The position numbers were made by a program, and so were the translations under genes. The notes below the pieces were generated by a model, which worked only from the letters and a program-made list of their open reading frames with translations, was not told the origin of the DNA and did no database searches. Positions 44,512-53,995 of a stretch of 64,000 nucleotides of DNA are shown piece by piece. Location of the stretch: IMG/VR virus record IMGVR_UViG_3300046673_000164, positions 426 through 64,425 of that record; one strand, 5' to 3'. The DNA is from a virus (lineage: Duplodnaviria > Caudoviricetes). Each line of letters begins with the position of its first letter. The stretch's first letter is position 1.

Positions 44512-47229
44512 CTACCTCGACGAAGCGGCCTGACTCTCGTGCTTGTGGTGGCTGTCCATCGCGTCCTGGTTTAGCTTCTGATACACCCGGTCGATCTCTT
44601 TGGCGAAGCGCTCCGACTGCATCTTGAACAGCCGCTCCAGGATCGTACCGACTTTGGCCGACATGCTCGCGGCCGACTCATCGGCCGCCTTGCGCAACCC
44701 TTCCAGACGCTTTTCCTGCTCGTCGATGCGCTTCTTGTCCTCGGCCGCCTTGCCCTTCTCCGCTTTCTCAGCGTCCTTACCCCAGCCTAGAGCCTGCTCC
44801 GTCTTGGCGAAGGAGGGGTTATCCTTCTCCATTTTTTTCTCTAGCTGTTTCTCGACTCGATCCCTCACTTCGGGTGCCGCCTTCTCGGCGACCAGGGCAA
44901 GTTCTTTGTTCGTCGCGGTGCCGGCCTGCCAGTGCTGCACGGCCTTCTCCAGCTTGCGACGTTCGCGCGGCTTTTCCATCCCCATAGAGATTGTCAGGGA
45001 TCGACGACCCTTTTCGATAGCCTCGGCGTTCTTGAGATGCTGCTCGTGCATCTCCTTCAGCTTCTCGATGTACTTCTCCGCCCCCTGGATATCGCGCTCG
45101 GCCTGCTTCTCCTTCATCTCTGCCAGCTTCTCGGTCTCTTCCTGCTGCTTCTTCAGTGCGTCTTCCTGTCCCTGACCAGCGGCCTTGGCCTCGGCTTCCG
45201 CCTTGCCAGCCTGTTCGGTCGATCCCTTCGACAGTTGTGCGGTCGCCTCGGCTCGCTGCTTCAGTTGTTCCTCTCGATTCCAGCCCTGTGAAACGCCAGA
45301 TATGGCTCCTTGGACAAAGCCCCCAGCATTGTCTCCGCCAGCCAGCCCACCGGCGACAGCCCCCTTCGTGGCCGCCCACAAGCCACTCTGCTCCTCAGCC
45401 CGCTGCCCAGCAATAGCCGCGGTCGCCTCATTTTGGGCTGCCGTTTGCCTGGTCGCTTTGGCTTTTTCTTCGGCGGCTTTTACGTTAGCCTCAGCCGCGG
45501 ATGTTTCCTTGGCGGCCGCCTCGACCCGTTTCTGCTGGTCGTCGATCAGCTTCTGACTAGACGCATGCCTAGCGGCAAGGCCTTCTTCGATGTGGGCGTA
45601 GGGTGTGTATTCTTTTTCCTGCGATTCATGTAGCCTCTTGGCGTAGGCTGTAGCTGTCTCCGGCGTCGCAAACTTGCCAAGATGCTCGCCTGTCTTGTGG
45701 TAATGTTCTATCGCCTCTTCGTTCGTCATCGGCCGTTCTAGGCCCTTGCGGACGGTCGGCACCAACACTTCCTGGCCATTCTCTTCGAAGGACATGGACC
45801 GGACGGTCGAAATCGAGCCGTCAGGATTGTGGACTGAGGGACGCTGGTGAAGGTTAATGTTTCCTTCGACCGTTTTTCCAGTCAAGCCGGTCTCATCAAC
45901 TTCCTGCCTCTTCCCGGCCTCCCGCATATAGCGGTCAAGGTCGCGTTCCCGACTGCGATCCAATCGCTCTTCACGACTGATGTCCCGCTGCCTCGCATGC
46001 TCCTCCAGCTTCTGCTTACCCTCTACCTGCTGCCGCTGAAGGCCTGATATCTGCCCATAGTGGTGCTCAGCCTTCTCCTGTCCCTCGACGTTCTCTTTGT
46101 AGCCTTCCTCCATCCGCTCTGCCATACGTCGGCTGCGCTCAGCCTCATGCTCCGGCCCCATCGTGCCGAGTTTGTAGGCTGCGATCCCTCCGATAGCAGC
46201 TCCGCCGAGAATGCCGGCGCCAGCCATCGCCGATCCGCCTCCGGCCATTGCCAAGGCGCCATGCCCTAGGTTCAAGGCCCCGCCGAACAACCTCGTACCT
46301 AAGCCCAGGCCCCTAGCCGCTCCTCCAGCAGCCGCTCCGGCTCCTTGAGCGGCTGCTGCCTGCCCGGCCGCCCCAGCAAGGTTCTGGTTTGCGACCGCGT
46401 CCGCATTGGCAGCTACGGCATCTGCGGCATGAGCAGCCGCGGCTTCGGTCGCGGCAGCAGCAGCAACAGTTTGAGCGGCCGCGGAGGCAGCAACAGCCGC
46501 GTTGTAGGCTTCCCATGCCTCGACTATTCCGTAGATGATGTGCGTGGCCCCACGCATCACGTCGTAGGCCCCGTGGATCATCATTAGGCTCTGCATCAGC
46601 TGTCGAGCTTCTTTCTCATTGCTCGACAGCAGCATCGCCATGCCTCGGGCGACATGCATGCCTCCCAGCAGGATGCCCTGACGACTGGCGGCGAGTCCGA
46701 TAAGTCGCTGGTTTAGCTGATGAGCAGTCTGCTCTGCTTCCCGCTCGGCTGTCATGGCCTGTTGCGATGCTCGTACCCTGGCTTGAGCCTCCTCGTTGGC
46801 CATGCGGATGGCTTCACGGGTGGCAGCCTGGCCCGCGGCCATAGCCTGCTTACGATCTTGCTCCTCTTCTCTAGCCGCTTCCTTCGTAGCCTTCGCTTCT
46901 TCAGCTGCGGCTTCCTTGACCATGCGGACTTGCTCTTTCCTCGCAGCCGCAGCCGCTTTCAAGGCGTCCCGCTGGTCCCGCTCCTCTTCCTTCAACGCTT
47001 CTTTAGCGGCCTTTGCCTGTTCCTTGGCCGCCCTCTCGGCGATCTTCACCTGCTCTCGGGCCTGCTTCTCTGCGGAATCGGAAAACTGTTTCTGCTGCTT
47101 CTCGGCCGCGTCGCTGATCTGCTGCTGCGCCGTCCTGGCCTTCGAGGCGACGTCGCGGAAGCTGGATTCCAAAGAGGAATCCATTTTCGCTTTGAGCAGA
47201 AACACTACTTCGCGGCTGGTAGCGACCAT
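44512..47229 (-). CDS. Tail tape measure protein
   Basis: 905 aa Ala/Glu/Lys-rich helical protein with Gly-rich hydrophobic stretches, after the chaperone pair. Confidence 0.85.
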   Translation of the reverse strand: MVATSREVVFLLKAKMDSSLESSFRDVASKARTAQQQISDAAEKQQKQFSDSAEKQAREQVKIAERAAKEQAKAAKEALKEEERDQRDALKAAAAARKEQVRMVKEAAAEEAKATKEAAREEEQDRKQAMAAGQAATREAIRMANEEAQARVRASQQAMTAEREAEQTAHQLNQRLIGLAASRQGILLGGMHVARGMAMLLSSNEKEARQLMQSLMMIHGAYDVMRGATHIIYGIVEAWEAYNAAVAASAAAQTVAAAAATEAAAAHAADAVAANADAVANQNLAGAAGQAAAAQGAGAAAGGAARGLGLGTRLFGGALNLGHGALAMAGGGSAMAGAGILGGAAIGGIAAYKLGTMGPEHEAERSRRMAERMEEGYKENVEGQEKAEHHYGQISGLQRQQVEGKQKLEEHARQRDISREERLDRSRERDLDRYMREAGKRQEVDETGLTGKTVEGNINLHQRPSVHNPDGSISTVRSMSFEENGQEVLVPTVRKGLERPMTNEEAIEHYHKTGEHLGKFATPETATAYAKRLHESQEKEYTPYAHIEEGLAARHASSQKLIDDQQKRVEAAAKETSAAEANVKAAEEKAKATRQTAAQNEATAAIAGQRAEEQSGLWAATKGAVAGGLAGGDNAGGFVQGAISGVSQGWNREEQLKQRAEATAQLSKGSTEQAGKAEAEAKAAGQGQEDALKKQQEETEKLAEMKEKQAERDIQGAEKYIEKLKEMHEQHLKNAEAIEKGRRSLTISMGMEKPRERRKLEKAVQHWQAGTATNKELALVAEKAAPEVRDRVEKQLEKKMEKDNPSFAKTEQALGWGKDAEKAEKGKAAEDKKRIDEQEKRLEGLRKAADESAASMSAKVGTILERLFKMQSERFAKEIDRVYQKLNQDAMDSHHKHESQAASSR

Positions 47230-47619
47230 CTACACCATCCTCCTCAGCAGCGAGGCCTGGTAGGTTGCTTTGAGAATGCCACGATCATAGCCATCAAGCA
47301 GCTCATAGATGATACCGAAGTTCCGCCGCATGATGTCATCCGTTTCTATTCCAGCGGCTCGGTGCTGCCAGTACAGTTCTAGGGTTCGCTTGTTTCTTGC
47401 GGACAAGTCGTAGGTTCTTCCGGTTCGCGGGCTTCGCTCGACGGCTCCGGAGCACTTGGCGCAGCCGAAGCAGGGGGGTCGGCTTCCTGCGGGGCGTCGG
47501 ACGGGTTTGCCGGTGATGCGATCTCGAATGAGGTGCCCATCCTCGGTATCGAATACCCAACATTTGCAGTCATCACAGGTCCTCGCGGCCGTCTCGGGGT
47601 GGGCTAGCATCAGCATCAC
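47230..47619 (-). CDS. Tail assembly chaperone, frameshift extension (gpT-like; Zn-finger motifs)
   Basis: Lies in the -1 frame relative to the upstream gene; CDDC and CFGC..C. Confidence 0.7.
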   Translation of the reverse strand: MMLMLAHPETAARTCDDCKCWVFDTEDGHLIRDRITGKPVRRPAGSRPPCFGCAKCSGAVERSPRTGRTYDLSARNKRTLELYWQHRAAGIETDDIMRRNFGIIYELLDGYDRGILKATYQASLLRRMV

Positions 47620-47627
47620 CCCGCACC

Positions 47628-48074
47628 TCAGTTTTTTTCGTTGGCCTCCTGCCGCAGCTCGCCGACGTTCATTCCGGACTCTCCCGCTTCCCGCTGCTGC
47701 TCCAGCTCCTCAGCTTCCTTGTCCTCGTCCCACTTCGGGTCGATGTCGCTAGCGTCCGTTCCCAACACGATTCCATGCAGCCGATTGAACACGGCCGGTT
47801 TGAGCTGGCCGATTGTCTTCGGACTGATGGGCAGCGGCTCATCCTTGCCATCGACCAATGACCAGCTCTTCACCCGGCTGGCCATCATCTTGGCGCATTC
47901 GCGGTCGAATAGTTCCGGCCGCATCTTGTCGCTATCGCGGACCCACTTCCCCTGCTCCGCGGGCAGCATGGGACGGAATGTGAACCGCAGCTCGTCATGG
48001 AGGCCGGGCCTCGCGGCGACATAGCCAGGCTCCGTGTATCCATCGTTCGGAATGACGTTGTGATGCTTCGACAT
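47628..48074 (-). CDS. Tail assembly chaperone (gpG-like)
   Basis: VKSWSLVD..DEPLPI motif; ends GAA AAA AAC TGA. Confidence 0.8.
   Translation of the reverse strand: MSKHHNVIPNDGYTEPGYVAARPGLHDELRFTFRPMLPAEQGKWVRDSDKMRPELFDRECAKMMASRVKSWSLVDGKDEPLPISPKTIGQLKPAVFNRLHGIVLGTDASDIDPKWDEDKEAEELEQQREAGESGMNVGELRQEANEKN
47631..47637 (-). other. -1 ribosomal frameshift slippery heptamer A AAA AAC
   Basis: Just before the stop; the -1 frame reads KLRCGVMLMLAHPE into the next ORF. Confidence 0.85.
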
Positions 48075-48105
48075 TGTATTCTCCCAAAGCTAGAGGAAAC
48101 AAGAA

Positions 48106-48939
48106 CTACGCAAACGCGATTTCCTTGGTATTGGCTGCCGTGTTAGAAGCGGCTTGCATATTGAGGGTAAGCTGCACTTCGGTCTTGCCGGGGATGTGCG
48201 GACTCTCGGCCGGAACCTGCAAGGTGCCGAAGCTGAAGGTGCCGGTGTTGGTCCCATTGTTGAGGGCCAACGTTCCAGCGCTTCCCTGAACGGCCTGATC
48301 GTACAAGGAGACGGTCGTGTCGTTATAGGGGTGGACCGTCTGCAAGGTCACGGTCCGATCCAGCTCGACGGTCTGGCTCAGGGTCAGGCTGTTGAGGAAC
48401 CGCTCGGGGTCGATGTGATTGTCGATCACGAGCTGGAAGCTGAAGGCCTCTTGGACGGCGTTCGCCAGGTTCAAAGCCAGGTCGGAGAAAATGAATGGGA
48501 CGCCGCTGTTCGGGGCCGCTACGCTTCCGGTGTTCTGCACTTCGGTCTGGCCGATCACGTCGAGCTGCACGTTGATGATCCCGCCCTGCTGCCCGGTGAT
48601 CGTAGCCCGGTTGACTTTGCATCCAGTGTAGGTATCGACCCGTTCGTAGCGGTCGACCACCGTGTTGAAGGACGGGATAGTCTCGGAGGTGTTGCCGCCG
48701 CTTCCGATGGCCAGTGACATCAGGGCCACCAGCTCGGCGTAGCTGGGCTCCAGGCGGATCGTGCCACCAATGTGCTGCGGACCTTTGCGCGCATCGCCGT
48801 CGATGTGGGACCGCGTGCCGCGGATGCCGTTGCGACGCAGCATAGTCTCCTTCTTGCCCACTTCACAAGCAAGGATGGACATAGAAGTGTCGTTGATACT
48901 CACGGCGGTAAACGCACCAGCAGAATAGTTCTTCGTCAT
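48106..48939 (-). CDS. Tail tube protein
   Basis: GIRGTR, VDR...YTGCKVN, F.L.IDN; start MTKNYS preferred (in-frame extension to 49011 possible). Confidence 0.8.
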   Translation of the reverse strand: MTKNYSAGAFTAVSINDTSMSILACEVGKKETMLRRNGIRGTRSHIDGDARKGPQHIGGTIRLEPSYAELVALMSLAIGSGGNTSETIPSFNTVVDRYERVDTYTGCKVNRATITGQQGGIINVQLDVIGQTEVQNTGSVAAPNSGVPFIFSDLALNLANAVQEAFSFQLVIDNHIDPERFLNSLTLSQTVELDRTVTLQTVHPYNDTTVSLYDQAVQGSAGTLALNNGTNTGTFSFGTLQVPAESPHIPGKTEVQLTLNMQAASNTAANTKEIAFA

Positions 48940-49012
48940 AGGATCACCTAATAGAGGTTGCTCGGAGACGGGCTCCGGCTCGTTGGTTTCTTCTTGGTAT
49001 TCCTCGTTCATC

Positions 49013-49513
49013 CTAACTCCTCGGCTCGCGGGAAGTGAATCGCAACATCAGAGCGCCGGCAAGGGTGTTCTGCTTCCAGAACTCGGGCATCACGACCTTG
49101 GCCGGCTTGACGGAGGAGATTATGCTGGTCGAAACCGAGGCCACCCGCTTGTTGCGGAAGGCCTTGGCCACGCACTCGATCCAATAGAGGTGTGAGTCGA
49201 GGTTGGCCTGCAAAGTCGGTTCCTGGTTGTCGGCGGAGCAGAACACACAAAGGATTCGATAGACCACGTCGTCGTAGCCGATCGGCCCTTGTGTCGGGTC
49301 CATCTCCTCGCCTTCGGGGCTGAGAATGATGCAAGGACGGGCGACTGGCAGGTCCTCCCGTTTGTAGATGCGCTCCAGCGGAATCTTCAGCCAGACGATG
49401 CTACTGTCCACAATACCGTCCAGATTGAGGCCCTGAATCGTGGACTGTGCAGCCAAGATGAACTGCATGGCGACGGAGTTGGACGATGGTGACTTGACAA
49501 CTGCTTCGCTCAT
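49013..49513 (-). CDS. Tail terminator-like protein
   Basis: Position before the tail tube; RPCIILSP. Confidence 0.55.
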   Translation of the reverse strand: MSEAVVKSPSSNSVAMQFILAAQSTIQGLNLDGIVDSSIVWLKIPLERIYKREDLPVARPCIILSPEGEEMDPTQGPIGYDDVVYRILCVFCSADNQEPTLQANLDSHLYWIECVAKAFRNKRVASVSTSIISSVKPAKVVMPEFWKQNTLAGALMLRFTSREPRS

Positions 49514-49989
49514 AGTTCCAGCGCCTCCGCCAGGTTGTCTGCGATCACCACACCCACACCCTCGGCAGCCTGATCGTCCAGGCCGAGGAACTCGCGCTGC
49601 GCGATGTTGCGGGAGGGAAAACCATAGTTGTGGACGCCCGCCCCAGGTATACCACCAATCCCGCCATCCTTGTCGACCCCATAGACCAGAGTGTCATCAT
49701 CCTCGATCCGCGACACGTGGCCACCGCCCTGCCCGGTCGCAGCCGCAAGCAAGCTGCCAGCACCCTGGGTGTTGGTCTCGACCAATAGCGGATGTCCATC
49801 ACCCTCAACCTTGCGAGCAGGCCAAGGATCGCCGTCGGGAGACTCCTGCCTCGCGAAGTGCTCCATCACATCCTCTTCGACAAGCTGCTCACAGGCGCGC
49901 AGGGCGCCGGGCACGGACCGCCGGAAGTCGGAGGCGAGGCCCTCCATCTCGGTCGCGAACTCTTCGGCGGTTTGCTCGGCGTGGGCCAT
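49510..49989 (-). CDS. Virion morphogenesis/tail completion protein (Mu G / P2 S-like)
   Basis: F..QESPDG.PW...L..T...VHNYG...IAQREFLGL. Confidence 0.8.
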   Translation of the reverse strand: MAHAEQTAEEFATEMEGLASDFRRSVPGALRACEQLVEEDVMEHFARQESPDGDPWPARKVEGDGHPLLVETNTQGAGSLLAAATGQGGGHVSRIEDDDTLVYGVDKDGGIGGIPGAGVHNYGFPSRNIAQREFLGLDDQAAEGVGVVIADNLAEALEL

Positions 49990-49990
49990 A

Positions 49991-50398
49991 CTAAGCTATT
50001 CCCTTGGCCCCAAGTTCTTTCGCTCGGTTGTAGTGAGCTTCCGACATTTTCTCATGATAGGCCTTGATCCCGGCGTCAGCGTGTTCCATAGCTGCTTGAT
50101 CGTGATGGTCACCAGCCATAACATGAAGACCTGCCAAGTGAGAATTATGTCCTTCTGCTTTCCCCCAATGATTCTGTTCTGCTAGGTCGGTGGCCTTAGT
50201 CATCGCCATAGCCGATTTTGAGGATTCTCCCGCCCCCTTCATGGCTTTACTGCTGGGACCTTCTCCCTTATCATGACCGGCTTTTCGTCTAGCCTCTGCC
50301 GACGCTTCCCTAGCGGCATCCGACCATGCTTCGGTCACATCAGCCTCGACCGGAAGCCTACCTAACAGCCCCATCGCATCTCTGCTAAGCTCGTTCAT
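49991..50398 (-). CDS. His-rich hypothetical protein with WSDAAREAS motif
   Basis: 135 aa; coupled within the morphogenesis operon. Confidence 0.55.
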   Translation of the reverse strand: MNELSRDAMGLLGRLPVEADVTEAWSDAAREASAEARRKAGHDKGEGPSSKAMKGAGESSKSAMAMTKATDLAEQNHWGKAEGHNSHLAGLHVMAGDHHDQAAMEHADAGIKAYHEKMSEAHYNRAKELGAKGIA

Positions 50399-50745
50399 TG
50401 TTTTCTTCCTATGATCTCAAAATGGGTTAACGTGTCGCCAAACGACTTCACCTTGATAGAAAGTGCGGTCCAAACCGTCCCGTCCGTCGTCGTGATTGTG
50501 TCTCCTCGGTGCGGGGTCACGCCGACCAGCCGCTTTGCTCCCACAATCCACATTTGATCTGTCGGCTCCAGTCCCAGCGCAGCCCCAAGCATTACTTCCT
50601 TGTAGGTCAGGTCTCGGTTCTTGGCCTTCAGCCCGGCATAGGAGACGCTGGTGACGACGTTGGTCAGCGTGACGTTTTGTAGGTCGTCTCGCCTCTCCCA
50701 GTCTTCCAACAACGTCTCGGCATAGCCGGCGCCTAAAACCATCAT
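50395..50745 (-). CDS. Head closure/head-tail joining protein
   Basis: P.RGDTI....G..W motif; position. Confidence 0.6.
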   Translation of the reverse strand: MMVLGAGYAETLLEDWERRDDLQNVTLTNVVTSVSYAGLKAKNRDLTYKEVMLGAALGLEPTDQMWIVGAKRLVGVTPHRGDTITTTDGTVWTALSIKVKSFGDTLTHFEIIGRKQ

Positions 50746-50972
50746 GCAGGCCTCCCTTCAAGGCTCAACTCCCAGGGGCCTTGCTGCAAGTCGATCTGGG
50801 CGTTCAGCTCTTTCAGTTCGCGATACAGCTGGTCGATCTTCCCAGTGTGGTCGACGGTCCCGGCCCCGCCACCATTCACGTTTGGGCTGTCGTCCGCCGT
50901 GCCCGATAAGGCAGCCAGCTCGGCGTAGATGGCGGATCGGCGGGTAGTCAGGTTGTCCAGGTCGGTAGCCAT
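50742..50972 (-). CDS. Head-tail adaptor (gpW-like)
   Basis: MATDLDNL...helix-hairpin-helix-like; start trimmed. Confidence 0.55.
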   Translation of the reverse strand: MATDLDNLTTRRSAIYAELAALSGTADDSPNVNGGGAGTVDHTGKIDQLYRELKELNAQIDLQQGPWELSLEGRPA

Positions 50973-51078
50973 TCCCTTATCCTTCGATTTAAGCCGTCTG
51001 GTTTCGATTCTCTTGCGATCCAAGCCGCCTGAGCCTGTTTCCCCTCGCCCAGGCGGCTTCCTCGCCTCAAATCGCATC

Positions 51079-51456
51079 CTAGAGGGCTACTCGGGCCTTC
51101 TTGGACTTGGTCGTCTCTTGCTGCTCCAAGGCTGTCACTACTCCCTCGGCGATGCCCTTGGCCAGCGCACTGGTGAACCGCTTCTCTTGCTCCTCGGGCG
51201 GCAGGATAGGGTTGGTGGCCCTGGTCGGCTCCGGAGGCGTCTGCGTAGCCGGCTCATCGGTCTCTTGGATTTCGTAGGGGTGATTGGTCGACTTGATCGC
51301 CATCATCCTGTTGTAGATGGCCTGGGCCTCGGACTTGCGGCCATCCACAGACGCGGATTGGAAACACTCCCCGCTGATGACGCGGGTGGCGAGCTGTCGC
51401 ATGGTCGGGGAGGCCTGATCGTGGACCAAACACACTTTAATGTTTCTGTACGGCAT
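51079..51456 (-). CDS. Hypothetical protein
   Basis: 125 aa ORF after the capsid gene. Confidence 0.55.
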   Translation of the reverse strand: MPYRNIKVCLVHDQASPTMRQLATRVISGECFQSASVDGRKSEAQAIYNRMMAIKSTNHPYEIQETDEPATQTPPEPTRATNPILPPEEQEKRFTSALAKGIAEGVVTALEQQETTKSKKARVAL

Positions 51457-51485
51457 TTTCTAAGCTCCCAAAGCTGAAGGTGAGT

Positions 51486-51541
51486 AAAAGGAAAACCCGC
51501 CGGCCCGGCTGTCTGGATTCCGGAGCCGGGCCGGCGAGGGC
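51486..51541 (-). terminator. Intrinsic terminator after the major capsid gene
   Basis: CGCCGGCCCGGCT...AGCCGGGCCGGCG followed by GGTTTTCCTTTT. Confidence 0.75.
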
Positions 51542-51552
51542 TGCCACGAGGC

Positions 51553-52950
51553 CTAGTACGGGTCGGACCAAGTGGGCGTGGCAACGTCAATGCTGCGGTT
51601 CTGGATCACGAACCTAGGATCGCGGACGGCAGGAATCCCCATCTCGTCTACGAACATCGAGAAGACCAATCCACGGTCGGCCATTTCATAGGAGGTCGGG
51701 GCGGCACGGGTTATGGTCAAAGGCAAGTTCTCGATGTACATGAACGCCTTCTTGAAGTTGCCCGCGAGCCACAGCTCATCGGCGGCCGTCACGCCGGTGG
51801 CCTGGATGGTGTCGCTGTTGAACAGCGACAAGTTCTGCTGCGTGTCGATCAGCTTGATGAGGCCGACCGGGTTGGCGTTCTGGTTGTAGTCCGTCAGCCG
51901 CTTGTAAGCGTACTGGCTGACCATCGGAGCGTTCCATTGTCCGCTGATCGGGTTCTTGCCGTAACCCAAAGGAGTGCCCACATCGGTCGTGTTGGAAAGG
52001 CTTCCTTGGCGCACCTGGGTGTCGCTGAGGATTTTCTCCATTGTCGCCTTGCGGGCCGGCATGACGATCAGGTCCTTGGCCTCGACGCTGATCGGCTGGC
52101 CGGTCTCGGGGTCGACCATGCGGCTGAAGTATTTGTAGACCGCGTCGAGGCAGGTCCAATCCGCGATCGGGTTCAAGAGCAGGTTCACCCACAAGCCGTA
52201 GCCCGCCTGGTTGGAAATGGCGTAGGTGTAGTAGTTCGTTCCATCGTAGGTGTAGGTGTTCTTGATGCCGAGCACCGTGTCCCACATCAAGTATTCCTTG
52301 CGGAGAGCCAGGGTTTGGCTGACCATTTCGGCGTGCTCCATCACCTGCCGGGTCAGGTCGAACATGATCGCTTCGCGGGTCACGTCGACGGCGTTCGCCC
52401 GGTTCTTGGTAATGGGCGTGGTCACGTACCGCTCGCTCATCTGGGCGCGCGGGTGCGTCTGGCCAGGCTTGCGCTCCTGGGCGGCATCCGCCGGCACGCT
52501 GATGCCGATGAACTTCTCTTGCACCTTGTTACTAGGCACGTTGGTGGCCAGTTGCGGGGCGAGGAACTCGGGGCGGTTGTACGCTTCCAGAATCTTGACT
52601 TCCAGGAGGCCGGCGACGGTCTCGTTATAGGCTGTGATGTCGGCGAACTGCGACGGGACGATGTCATTGCCTGCTTCCAGGACGTCGCCTTCCAACTCCT
52701 GGAACTTCGGCGCCGGCTGCGAAAGCCTCCGTTCGATATTCTGCTCGCCGAAAATGGCGCAGGCCAATCCCTTGAGTGAGACGCCGTCCGGCTTGATCTG
52801 CTGGCTTTCCAGCACGGGCCGACCCTCGGGATCGCGGTACTTGATGCCCTTGGCGTTGCGAAGGCCGAGTAGGCTGTGCATGCTACGGACAAATCCGACC
52901 GGGCCGCGGTCGGCATACATCCGTCGAGCGTAGTCGATCGAAAATGCCAT
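51553..52950 (-). CDS. Major capsid protein (HK97 fold)
   Basis: 465 aa, strong codon bias, VTREAIMFD, DPETGQPI, LIVMP, GNFKKAF, DPRFV; follows protease and decoration genes. Confidence 0.88.
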   Translation of the reverse strand: MAFSIDYARRMYADRGPVGFVRSMHSLLGLRNAKGIKYRDPEGRPVLESQQIKPDGVSLKGLACAIFGEQNIERRLSQPAPKFQELEGDVLEAGNDIVPSQFADITAYNETVAGLLEVKILEAYNRPEFLAPQLATNVPSNKVQEKFIGISVPADAAQERKPGQTHPRAQMSERYVTTPITKNRANAVDVTREAIMFDLTRQVMEHAEMVSQTLALRKEYLMWDTVLGIKNTYTYDGTNYYTYAISNQAGYGLWVNLLLNPIADWTCLDAVYKYFSRMVDPETGQPISVEAKDLIVMPARKATMEKILSDTQVRQGSLSNTTDVGTPLGYGKNPISGQWNAPMVSQYAYKRLTDYNQNANPVGLIKLIDTQQNLSLFNSDTIQATGVTAADELWLAGNFKKAFMYIENLPLTITRAAPTSYEMADRGLVFSMFVDEMGIPAVRDPRFVIQNRSIDVATPTWSDPY

Positions 52951-53066
52951 AGTTCTTTTCTCTTTCGTGTTTTCCGAAGCTGTTGTTGGAACGTAACAGT
53001 CTTGAAAATCCGGAGGGGGCCCAGCGGCCGCTAAGCCGCCCCCCGGCGCTTCGGGATCGGGCGTAG

Positions 53067-53924
53067 CTACATCGAACCCTTGATGATCCCCACAGTCACG
53101 AGGTCGGCCCGCAGGCGGTTGACCAGCGTGTTGACCGCCAGCAAGTCCGTCCGCAAGGCATTGACGTTAGTAACGATCATGTTGGCTTGGGCTGCGCTTG
53201 CGAAGCCGTAGCTGTTGGGCGCGTCCACCGTGTTGACGGCGTTCGTGGCGTTGACGGCGGAGCCCACCGTGGTAATCACGGCGTTCTGAGCGTTGCTCGC
53301 CTGCTGGATCACAGCCGTGGCGCCCCAGAAGCCAAGCTTCTGCGCTGCCGCCGTGGCGATGATCGTGCCGGTGTCAGTGCCGGTCGAAATGTTTGCTCCG
53401 CTGTTCATCGAAATGCTGGCGGAGGCGACCGTCGGCATATTGAACTTCGGAAGCACGCGGCTGATGAGGACGACGGTCACAGTCGTGACTCCGACACCTC
53501 CGACCAGGACGTAGCCGATAGCGCTGGATGCCAGCGAGGTCTTTTCGACCGCATTACTGAGCATCGTCACGCCAGCGTCGCCGTTGTCGACAAAGGTTAT
53601 CAGGTCGCCCTGATAGTAGGTGCCACTGGTGATCGTCATCGGCCCGACGTACACGCGGTCGACGAGGATCGAGGTACGAACTTGGGTCGCCGTCAGCTGC
53701 TCCTTGGCCACGCCGATGAAACGCTGGGCCAGGTATGCCTGATTGGCGGCCTTACTACCCTGCGTATAGCCGGTCATGGACGCGACCGGAACCACGTCGT
53801 AGGCGGTTGTAACTAACGCCGCACTGTCTTGCCACATCAAGTCGTTGATGTTGACCTTGATCGAGCCCGCGAACGGGCAGGGAACGCGGTCCGCGTCGGG
53901 CCAATAGGTGGAAGGATCGCCCAT
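53067..53924 (-). CDS. Capsid decoration/cement protein with fibre-like C-terminus
   Basis: FIGVA motif; QKLGFWGAT; L.NRLRADL...GII.G; position. Confidence 0.6.
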   Translation of the reverse strand: MGDPSTYWPDADRVPCPFAGSIKVNINDLMWQDSAALVTTAYDVVPVASMTGYTQGSKAANQAYLAQRFIGVAKEQLTATQVRTSILVDRVYVGPMTITSGTYYQGDLITFVDNGDAGVTMLSNAVEKTSLASSAIGYVLVGGVGVTTVTVVLISRVLPKFNMPTVASASISMNSGANISTGTDTGTIIATAAAQKLGFWGATAVIQQASNAQNAVITTVGSAVNATNAVNTVDAPNSYGFASAAQANMIVTNVNALRTDLLAVNTLVNRLRADLVTVGIIKGSM

Positions 53925-53995
53925 CTCAAACTCACTTTCTGTGAAAGGTCTGTCGTGCGGGTTCGGCTAAGGTGCCACCCCGCTTACCTCCGCTG

